In this document: piece by piece, positions 11,153-21,134 of the stretch
Layout of the letters: each line of letters opens with the position of its first letter
How positions within the stretch are numbered: position 1 is the first letter of the stretch
NCBI GenBank assembly: GCA_000217635.1
Contig: CP001817.1
Span: 30,001-62,000, forward strand
Direction: 5' to 3'
DNA length: 32,000 nucleotides
Source of the DNA: Candidatus Saccharimonadota bacterium
GTDB lineage: Bacteria > Pseudomonadota > Gammaproteobacteria > Enterobacterales > Enterobacteriaceae
The notes under the pieces: generated by a model
Told to the model about the DNA's origin: nothing
The model's input: the letters and a program-made list of their open reading frames with translations, nothing else
Databases searched by the model: none
Translations under genes and position numbers: made by a program

Positions 11153-11310
11153 AATACGACATCTGCTTTTTAATATATAAATATTTATAAGAAATAAATA
11201 TGTATATTTTTATATGAATAAGATTAAAATATTATTATTTTAATTAATAAAAAAAATTTGTAAAAGATTTAATAATAATTTAAATATTGGTTATTATACT
11301 ACTAATATTA

Positions 11311-13053
11311 CTAAATTTTATGTTTTACAATTTTTTGATTAATTTTCCATAGCTTTTTTTTTTCTGTTATATTTAATCCTTCTTTGCGTTCTTTTGTAAG
11401 AAAATAAGTATATTTATATTCTAAATTTTGTATTTTTATTTTTTTTAACAATTCTAAAAATGTTGGATATATTTTATTTTTTCCAATCATATGATTCCAT
11501 ACAATTAAGTATTTAAATATTTTTTCTAATTTTGAATTTCGATAATATTCAATTAATTGATTAGTTGCAAGATTTGGATTTTTATGTAATATTTTTAGTA
11601 AATCTACAAAAATATTTATTCCGACTACATGAAATTTATTGATTTTTTTAATATTTTTAATTTCTTTTGCTAATTCTGGGTTTTGTAAAAGTAAGCTAAT
11701 TAATAATCGAATAGGTGTTTTTTTAATAAAGGTATTGAATGGTTTTTTTAATGTTTTTAATGTATTACATAATTTTTTAAATTGATAAATATCTAAGATA
11801 CCAGTTTTTTCTCCTAATAATTTTTGTAAATGTATTTTTATATTTTTTCCTGGAATTTTATTAATTAATGGCAGAATTAATCTACTTAATTGAATGCGAT
11901 CTTCAATTTTTCCTAATTGCATATTTTTAGAAATTTTATTAAATAAAAAATGAATATAATATTTCGGATTCTTGTATTCTTTTTTAAAATTTTCCTCTCC
12001 TTCTTTTAAAATTATACTGCTAGGATCTTCATTTTCAGGTAAAAATATAAATTTTACGGTACGATGATCTTTTAAAAAAGGTAAGATAAGATTCAAGGTA
12101 ATCCAGTTAGTTTTTTTTCCAGCATGATCGCCGTCGTAACAAAAAATAATATTATCACTAATTTGAAATAATTTTTTACAGTGCTCTGAATTAATTACAG
12201 TTCCTAATAAGGCTACAGCATAAATATTATATTGAGCTAAGGATAACACATCAAAATATCCTTCAACGACTATTATTTGTTTTGGTTTTAAGGTTTGTAC
12301 TGTTAACTCATAAATTCCATAAAGATTTTTATTTTTATAAAAAATTGGATTTTCCGAAGAATTTAAATATTTTGGTTGATTAATATTATTTAATTTACGA
12401 CCTCCAAATCCATTAATGTTTCCATATTTATCTCTAATTGGAAACATAATACGATTTCTAAATCTATCATAGAATTTTTTTTCTTTATTAATTATAATTA
12501 ACCCTGAATCTAATAAAATAGATGGTTCTAGTTTTTTTTTTTCAATATAGTTTTTAATTTGATTGTTTTGAAATGTTGCATAACCTAATAAAAATCGATA
12601 AATAATTTTTTTTGAAATCCCTCTTTTTAATAGATATTGATAGGCAATAGGATTGGAAGAAAAAAGGTTTTTTTGATAAATATTAGAAATTTCTGATAGT
12701 ATTGTATGTAATTTTTTTTTTATAAAAATAATATTTAACTTCTTTTGTTTTTTTTCTTTAAAAGGAATAATTATATTATGTAATGTGCTAAGCTCGGTAA
12801 TGCTGTCTAAAAAGTTTAATTTTTCGTATTCCATTAAAAAATCAATTGCATTACCATGCACTTTACACCCAAAACAATAAAAAAATTGTTTTTTTATTGA
12901 CAATAAAAGATGGTGTTTTTCATGATGAAACGGACATAATGCTTGGTAATTTTCTCCTATTTTTTTAAGCTTGAATCGTAAATTTATTAAGTCTATTATA
13001 TTAGTGCGTTCAAGTAATTCTTGGATAAAGTATTTTGGAATTTTTCCCATCAT
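11311..13053 (-). CDS. dnaG: DNA primase DnaG (intact ORF, but with an out-of-frame patch in the zinc-binding motif; see findings)
   Basis: 580-aa ORF. MMGKIPKYFIQELLERTNIIDLI aligns with E. coli MAGRIPRVFINDLLARTDIVDLI. CPFH...CFGC..HGNAIDFLM zinc ribbon and a TOPRIM region (VVEGYFDV, CYDGDHAGKK) are present. It lies between rpsU and rpoD as in E. coli. Confidence 0.95.
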   Translation of the reverse strand: MMGKIPKYFIQELLERTNIIDLINLRFKLKKIGENYQALCPFHHEKHHLLLSIKKQFFYCFGCKVHGNAIDFLMEYEKLNFLDSITELSTLHNIIIPFKEKKQKKLNIIFIKKKLHTILSEISNIYQKNLFSSNPIAYQYLLKRGISKKIIYRFLLGYATFQNNQIKNYIEKKKLEPSILLDSGLIIINKEKKFYDRFRNRIMFPIRDKYGNINGFGGRKLNNINQPKYLNSSENPIFYKNKNLYGIYELTVQTLKPKQIIVVEGYFDVLSLAQYNIYAVALLGTVINSEHCKKLFQISDNIIFCYDGDHAGKKTNWITLNLILPFLKDHRTVKFIFLPENEDPSSIILKEGEENFKKEYKNPKYYIHFLFNKISKNMQLGKIEDRIQLSRLILPLINKIPGKNIKIHLQKLLGEKTGILDIYQFKKLCNTLKTLKKPFNTFIKKTPIRLLISLLLQNPELAKEIKNIKKINKFHVVGINIFVDLLKILHKNPNLATNQLIEYYRNSKLEKIFKYLIVWNHMIGKNKIYPTFLELLKKIKIQNLEYKYTYFLTKERKEGLNITEKKKLWKINQKIVKHKI

Positions 13054-13087
13054 ATTATTTAAATTATATGGTATTAGTATGAAAATT

Positions 13088-13116
13088 TTGACCGTACTTT
13101 GGTATAGAACGGTCGA
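13088..13116 (-). other. GC-containing hairpin in the rpsU-dnaG spacer (possible attenuator/terminator analogue; function unproven)
   Basis: TTGACCGT (13088-13095) pairs with ACGGTCGA (13109-13116) across a 13-nt loop. On the sense (minus) RNA it is followed by AAAAUUUU rather than a clean U-run. E. coli has an internal terminator at this position in the operon. Confidence 0.25.
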
Positions 13117-13152
13117 TATGTTTTTGTTTTTTAGATTAAATTGTAAAAAAAA

Positions 13153-13368
13153 TTAATACATTCGGGTACGTTTAGAATGATCACGAGCTAATTTTTTTGC
13201 CAATCTTTTAATAGCAGAAGCTTTTGCACGTTTCCGTTCAGTAGTTGGTTTTTCATAAAATTCTCTTCTACGAATTTCTGCTAAAATTCCTGCTTTTTCA
13301 CATGATCTTTTAAATCTTCTTAATGCAACATCAAAAGGTTCGTTTTCTCGTACTTTTATTATAGGCAT
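13153..13368 (-). CDS. rpsU: 30S ribosomal protein S21
   Basis: 71-aa [55 protein letters not shown] is nearly identical to E. coli S21. Confidence 0.98.
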   Translation of the reverse strand: MPIIKVRENEPFDVALRRFKRSCEKAGILAEIRRREFYEKPTTERKRAKASAIKRLAKKLARDHSKRTRMY

Positions 13369-13561
13369 ATTAATTATTCTCGAATTTATTAATAAAATTT
13401 TTAATATTTATAGTCTATTTATTTTTATTATTGTTTTTGATTTTTTATATAAAATATTAAGAATATAGTTTTTTTAATATCATATAATATTTGTTTTAAA
13501 AAAAATAACATGTAAAGTAATAAAATTATTATTACAATATTATATTTTTACGGAAAATATT

Positions 13562-14603
13562 ATGAAAATTTTAGGTATAGAAACATCTTGTGATGATACA
13601 TCTGTTGCTATTTATGATGATCAATTAGGCGTTATTTTTCATAAAACTTGGGATCAGACTAAAATTCACTCTAGATTTGGAGGTATTATTCCAGAATTAG
13701 CAGCAAGATGTCATTTAAGTCAACTGAATTATCTAATTAAAGAAATATTTTTAAAATTATCTAATTATAACATAAAAAAATATAAAAATAATATTATTGA
13801 TGCTGTTGCATATACCGCGGGACCAGGATTAGCCAGTTCTTTATTAATTGGAGCATCTATTGGTTCTTGTCTTGCTTTTTCTTTAGGAATACCATCTATT
13901 TCAATTAATCATATAGAAGGGCATTTATTTTCAGCTATGATCGGACAACGGAATATTCCTTCCTTTCCTTTTATTGCATTATTAATATCAGGGGGTAATA
14001 CACAGTTGATTTATGTTTCTAATTTAGGTCATTATAAAATTTTAGGGAAAACTTTAGATAATTCTGTTGGTAATACATTTGATTATATCGCAAAATTATT
14101 AGGTTTAGGGTATCCGGGAGGTAAAAAATTATCTAGTTTAGCTCAATATGGTATCTTTGGAAAATATATTTTTCCGCGCCCAATGATTCAACATCATAAT
14201 TTAGATTTTAGCTTTTCAGGGTTAAAAACGTATACAAAGAAAATAATTCATGATAGTAAACAAACGTTTCAGGATAAAGCAGATATTTCTCGAGCTTTTG
14301 AAGACGCGATTATTGATACATTAATAATTAAATGTAAACGTGCTATCCAGCAAAAACACTTAAATTCTTTAGTTATATGTGGAGGTGTTAGTGCAAACTC
14401 TACATTAAGAAAAAAGTTTCGTTCTATAATAACAAAACAAGGTGGAAAAATTTTTTTTCTAAAAAAAATTTTGTACAGATAATGCGGCAATGATTGCGTA
14501 CGTTGGATATTTAAGATATAAGTTAGGTTTATATTCTTCTGATTTTTCAATTAAAGTATATCCTCGTTGGTTAATTAATCAGTTAGATAAATTAAATATA
14601 TAA
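13562..14603 (+). CDS. tsaD: tRNA N6-adenosine threonylcarbamoyltransferase TsaD (YgjD/Gcp), interrupted by a frameshift in an A8 tract (14461-14468); track ORF ends at 14482
   Basis: MKILGIETSCDDTSVAIYDD, AYTAGPGL, HIEGHL, LLISGGNTQL, LGYPGG, FSFSGLKT and GGVSAN are collinear with E. coli TsaD. After the A8 tract the +1 frame reads FCTDNAAMIAYVGYLRYKLG...YPRW..., matching E. coli [21 protein letters not shown]...RPRW. It is divergent from rpsU as in E. coli. Confidence 0.92.
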
Positions 14604-14769
14604 AATTTATAATTATTTAAATTAAATTAATATTTTTTTAAATAATAAATTTTATTATTAATTTTTTTAAATATTGTATATATTAAAAACAATAAACCAA
14701 AGTTTTTATAAAAAAGTGAATTTTTAATTGATAATAATATATATTAATCATTTCTTATTAGGTGAGCAA

Positions 14770-16023
14770 TTGAAAATATATTTAGTTGGAGGCGCAATTA
14801 GAGATAGTTTATTAGGTCTATCTGTTCAAGATCGAGACTGGATGGTGGTTGGTGCAACTCCCGAGCAAATGTTAAAAAAAAAAAATCAGCAGGTAGGAAG
14901 AGATTTTCCTGTTTTTATACATCCAATAACTTATGAGGAGTATGCATTAGCTCGTACAGAACGAAAGAATGGAGTTGGATATAATGGTTTTTCGGTAAAT
15001 TTTTCACCAAATGTAACATTATCAGAAGATTTAATTCGGCGTGATTTAACTATTAATGCTATGGCTCAAGATAAACATGGTAATTTAATTGATTTATTTT
15101 GCGGAAAAAAAGATTTAAATAATCGTATTTTACGTCATGTATCTTTAGCATTTCAAGAAGATCCTTTGAGAGTGTTAAGAGTAGCTCGTTTTGCTGCTGC
15201 TTTAGCGCATTTAGGTTTTCAAATAGCAAAGGAAACATTAAATTTAATGACATCAATGTGTAACAATAAGGATTTGTTACATTTATTTCCTGAAAGGATT
15301 TGGAAAGAAACAGAAAAAGGTTTACGTACGAATAATCCTCATGTTTATTTTCAGGTGTTACATGCCTGTAATGCATTAAATGATTTATTTCCTGAAATAA
15401 TTTTTTTATATCAAAATCTTTACTGTTCTGCTCTTAATTTTATAAGATCTTGCGCAATATATGTTGGATTTAAAGAAATGTTTAGAATTTCTAGATTTAC
15501 AAAAAATATTGATATTAGGTTTTCTTATTTTTCTCAATTTTTTAGTAGAATTTTTTGTACTCCTGATATTTTTACGGATGATTATTTTTTTTATAAAAAA
15601 CCAACTATATTAGTTAATAGTTTATGTACACGACTAAAAATTCCTTTAGAAATAAAAAAAATATCTATTTTTATGTGTGGATTTCATAATTTTTTACAAA
15701 CTATTAATATACAACCAACTCATTTAATTGTTAAGTTTTTTAATATTATTGATGTATGGCGAAATCCTGGAATTTTAAAAAAATTTATTTATTTAAAATT
15801 TTATTATTCTCATGTGAATTTAATATCTTCAAAAAAAATAACTTTAGGGGTATTAATAAATAAAATGTTTAATATTGTAAAAAAGATCTCTATTAAATCA
15901 ATAGATTTTAGAAATAAGTATAAAGGTATTGCTATACGTAATGAATTAAATCGTTTAAGAATAAAATATTTAGAGAGATGGAGATTATTACAAAAATTTA
16001 CTTATATTAAAAAAAATAATTAA
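14770..16023 (+). CDS. cca: tRNA nucleotidyltransferase (CCA-adding enzyme); C-terminal HD-domain motifs not recognisable
   Basis: From TTG 14770 (AGGTGA at 14760-14765) the protein reads (M)[33 protein letters not shown], against E. coli [60 protein letters not shown] and [13 protein letters not shown] are conserved. The track start at 14728 adds 14 non-homologous residues. Confidence 0.9.
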   Translation: MKIYLVGGAIRDSLLGLSVQDRDWMVVGATPEQMLKKKNQQVGRDFPVFIHPITYEEYALARTERKNGVGYNGFSVNFSPNVTLSEDLIRRDLTINAMAQDKHGNLIDLFCGKKDLNNRILRHVSLAFQEDPLRVLRVARFAAALAHLGFQIAKETLNLMTSMCNNKDLLHLFPERIWKETEKGLRTNNPHVYFQVLHACNALNDLFPEIIFLYQNLYCSALNFIRSCAIYVGFKEMFRISRFTKNIDIRFSYFSQFFSRIFCTPDIFTDDYFFYKKPTILVNSLCTRLKIPLEIKKISIFMCGFHNFLQTINIQPTHLIVKFFNIIDVWRNPGILKKFIYLKFYYSHVNLISSKKITLGVLINKMFNIVKKISIKSIDFRNKYKGIAIRNELNRLRIKYLERWRLLQKFTYIKKNN

Positions 16024-16695
16024 AGTAATATTTTATAATTAAAAATTTTTATGATTAATAATAAAATAAATATATAATTCTGTTATTAATAAATGACTTT
16101 AATCGAATAAATATTATTAGTGAAACAAAATTTATAATATATTAAAGTTTTTAAAAAAATATAATATTTAATTTTTACTTAATTTTTTTTAAAAATTAAT
16201 ATATTGCATATGTATTTAAATAATTATTGATAATTTTTACGTTAATAAATATATTTTTTGAAAAATATAATTTTATTGTGTTTTAATATAAAATTAATTG
16301 TTATATTTTTAATAAAATAAAAGTAGTATAATATACATGATATGTATGTTATTAAATATAATAAATATTTACGAGTATATAAGTGATGTCTAATGTAAAT
16401 AAATTTTTTGATATTTATCGATTGTAAATATAAATTATTGTTTTTATTCTTGTATTATTAAATAATAATTTATATAAAAAAACTTTTTTTTATTTTTTTT
16501 ATTTTGTTTAATTAAATTTATATCTTTTATAATATTAAAATTAAGATTATATCTTAATATGATTAAAAATTTTTTAATTGTGAATTATTTATTTTTGTTA
16601 CTAAAGTATAATATAGATAGAATTTTTTAAAAAAATAAATTTTGGAATAGAAATTTAATATTATTAGTCATTAATTCTATTTAATGATTTAATAA

Positions 16696-18756
<2,061 letters not shown>

Positions 18757-18760
18757 ATAT

Positions 18761-18833
18761 TGGGTTGTGCAGGATTTGAACCTGCGACCAATTGATTAAA
18801 AGTCAACTGCTCTACCGACTGAGCTAACAACCC
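18761..18833 (-). tRNA. lysV: tRNA-Lys (anticodon UUU)
   Basis: The reverse complement GGGTTGTTAGCTCAGTCGGTAGAGCAGTTGACTTTTAATCAATTGGTCGCAGGTTCAAATCCTGCACAACCCA has anticodon loop CT-TTT-AA. No CCA is encoded. Its 3' end is 4 nt from the convergent ligA stop. Confidence 0.93.
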
Positions 18834-18870
18834 ATTTTATATCATTTTATTAAAATATATAAAATATATT

Positions 18871-18943
18871 TGGGTGATGACGGTCTCGAACCGCCGACCT
18901 TCTCCGTGTAAAGGAGAAGCTCTACCAACTGAGCTAATCACCC
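18871..18943 (-). tRNA. valU: tRNA-Val (anticodon UAC)
   Basis: The reverse complement GGGTGATTAGCTCAGTTGGTAGAGCTTCTCCTTTACACGGAGAAGGTCGGCGGTTCGAGACCGTCATCACCCA has anticodon loop TT-TAC-AC. No CCA is encoded. The Val-Lys order divergent from gltX mirrors E. coli valU..lysV/gltX. Confidence 0.93.
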
Positions 18944-19078
18944 TACCTCTATTATAGAACAGATATTCTATGAGTCAATATAAATTTTACCAATATTTTC
19001 TTTAAAATTAAAAAAATAAATAATATTATAAAATTTCTATCAATATTAAAATAAAAAATATTTTTTATAGGTTAAAAC

Positions 19079-20500
19079 ATGAAAATTAAAACTAGATTTT
19101 CTCCTAGCCCAACAGGTGTATTTCATATTGGAGGAGCTCGAACTGCGTTATATTCCTGGTTATTTGCACGTAGATTTGGCGGTTCTTTTGTATTGAGAAT
19201 TGAAGATACAGATTCTGATAGATTAAAAGCTGATGCTATTAGTGATATTATTAATAATTTATCTAGATTAGGTTTAGCATGGGATGAAGGTCCATATTTT
19301 CAAAGTAAACGTTTAATGATATACCAAAATGTTATTTCATCAATGTTGAAAAATGGAACCGCTTACAAATGTTATTGTTCTATTGAACGATTAGAAAAAT
19401 TACGTAAAAATCAAATAAAAAAAAAAAGAAAACCAAAATATGATAAAAAGTGTAGAAAGTTACCATTATTTTATAAAAAATCAAATATTCCATATGTTGT
19501 ACGTTTTAAAAATCCAGAAACAGGAAGTGTTGAATTTATTGATCTGATTAGAGGAAAGATAAAATTTTTAAATTCAGAGTTAGATGATTTAGTAATTCAA
19601 CGATCTAATGGTATTCCAACATATAATTTTTGCGTGGTAGTAGATGATTATCACATGGAAATTACTCATGTTATTCGTGGTGAGGATCATATTAATAATA
19701 CCCCGCGACAAATCAATTTATTAAAAGCATTAAAAAAAGATATTCCTCAGTATGCTCATACACCTATGATATTAGATATTAATGGAAAGAAATTATCTAA
19801 AAGAAACAAGAATACTCAGGGAATTACAAAATATTTTCAGGAAGGATATATTCCTGAAGCATTATTGAATTATATTGTACGACTAGGTTGGTCTTGTAAA
19901 GATAAAGAAATTTTTACATTAGATGACATGAAAAATTTATTTACTTTTAAATCTGTTAGTAGATCGCCTAGTATTTTAAATAGCAACAAATTATTATGGT
20001 TAAATCGATATTATTTATCTCATTTACCAAATAGAACAGTGACTAATTATTTTTTATTATTTATTAAAAAAAAGAATATTTCTTTTTTTTCTGATATAAA
20101 TTTGAATAATATTATTAAAGATTTTATTGCGCGTCATAGTACTTTTCAAAATTTTTTAGAATCTTATACATATTTTTATAAAGAATTTGATATTTATCAA
20201 ATTGTAAACATAGAAACATTTTATAATTTAGAAAATATAAAAATATTAACCTTACTTAATCAAAAATTTTCAATAGTATTAGATTGGACTATTAAAGAGT
20301 TGTCTAATATAGTAAAATATATATCAATAGATTTACAAGTTGAATATAAAAAAATTGCTATGTTATTACGTATTAGTATTACTGGTATAAATCATACACC
20401 TGGTATTATATTGGTAGCATTTCATTTAGGTAAAAATCGTGTTTTATTACGTTTATCTAACATTTTAAAATATTTTAATCAATGTAAAAAGTTTATTTAA
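19079..20500 (+). CDS. gltX: glutamyl-tRNA synthetase
   Basis: 473-aa ORF. [31 protein letters not shown] aligns with E. coli [55 protein letters not shown] and KLSKR are present. Confidence 0.97.
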   Translation: [473 protein letters not shown]

Positions 20501-20569
20501 TAAATAATTTTTATTTTTTATATTTTAAACGATTATTAGATTAATAATTTTTATTAATATTTATTAATT

Positions 20570-20612
20570 TCATTATGCTAGATTAATGGTTATCCGGCAT
20601 AATGATTTTATT
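20570..20612 (+). terminator. hairpin plus T-run between convergent gltX and fliE (weak terminator candidate)
   Basis: TCATTATGC (20570-20578) pairs with GCATAATGA (20597-20605) and is followed by TTTTATT. The 18-nt loop is large, which weakens the call. Confidence 0.35.
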
Positions 20613-20622
20613 ATATATATAT

Positions 20623-20957
20623 TTATACTTGCATATTTATGATTTCTTGATATGAACTGATTAGTTTTTTTCTTATTTGGATGAATGTTTTAATCCATAA
20701 TCCTTCCTGATTTAATTCAATACATTCATTTTTATAACTTTGATAATTATTTTTATTTATTTTTTTTGATAGATTATTAAATTTTATTTTTTTTATATTT
20801 ATCAATGAATTTTTATTTTTTTTATTTTTTTTTTCAGAAGTTGATTAAATATTTTAAAAAATTTATTTTTTACCTTCGGTTTTATAAAATTATTATTTTT
20901 TATTTTTTTAGTATATATTGGTTGTAGTAGGTTGTTTTGTATATCTTTTACATTCAT
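20623..20957 (-). CDS. fliE: flagellar hook-basal body protein FliE, split into two frames at poly(A) tracts (A10/A8 on the coding strand, 20816-20834)
   Basis: The C-terminal 60-aa ORF ends IQIRKKLISSYQEIINMQV, against E. coli IQVRNKLVAAYQEVMSMQV. Upstream in another frame, GAGGTA + ATG at 20957 opens MNVKDIQNNLLQPIYTKKIKNNNFIKPKVKNKFFKIFNQLLKKKIKKIKIH*. The combined length of about 111 aa fits FliE (104 aa in E. coli). Confidence 0.8.
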
Positions 20958-21033
20958 AAGTATTACCTCATATATTTTATAATATAATATTAAATATTAT
21001 TGTTATTATTTTTTTTAAAAAAAACATTTTTTT

Positions 21034-21070
21034 ATATTATATATTTTTTATATTATATATTTTTTATATT
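21034..21070. repeat. perfect tandem duplication of a 16-nt AT-only unit in the divergent fliE/fliF intergenic region
   Basis: ATATTATATATTTTTT occurs at 21034-21049 and again at 21050-21065, then a partial ATATT. Confidence 0.5.
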
Positions 21071-21134
21071 TTTTGTAAATGACAGTCTAAAATAGTAAGG
21101 ATATAAATGAATATTTTTAAAATGGGAAAGTATA

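Noticed and set aside
12971-13156. 61-aa plus-strand ORF across the dnaG start and rpsU-dnaG spacer
   Set aside because: It overlaps the dnaG 5' end in antisense and has no homology signal. The spacer is better explained by the hairpin.
14269-14550. 93-aa minus-strand ORF
   Set aside because: It is antisense to tsaD, and the plus strand there carries the conserved TsaD C-terminus.
14728-14769. Track start (TTG 14728) for cca
   Set aside because: The 14 extra residues ([14 protein letters not shown]) have no counterpart in Cca. TTG 14770 is preceded by AGGTGA and gives the canonical (M)KIYLVGGA N-terminus.
15059-15376. 105-aa minus-strand ORF
   Set aside because: It is antisense to cca.
20623-20805. 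Treating the 60-aa ORF as the complete fliE
   Set aside because: It starts at an RBS-less TTG and covers only the C-terminal half of FliE. An RBS-led N-terminal frame lies immediately upstream across a poly(A) block.
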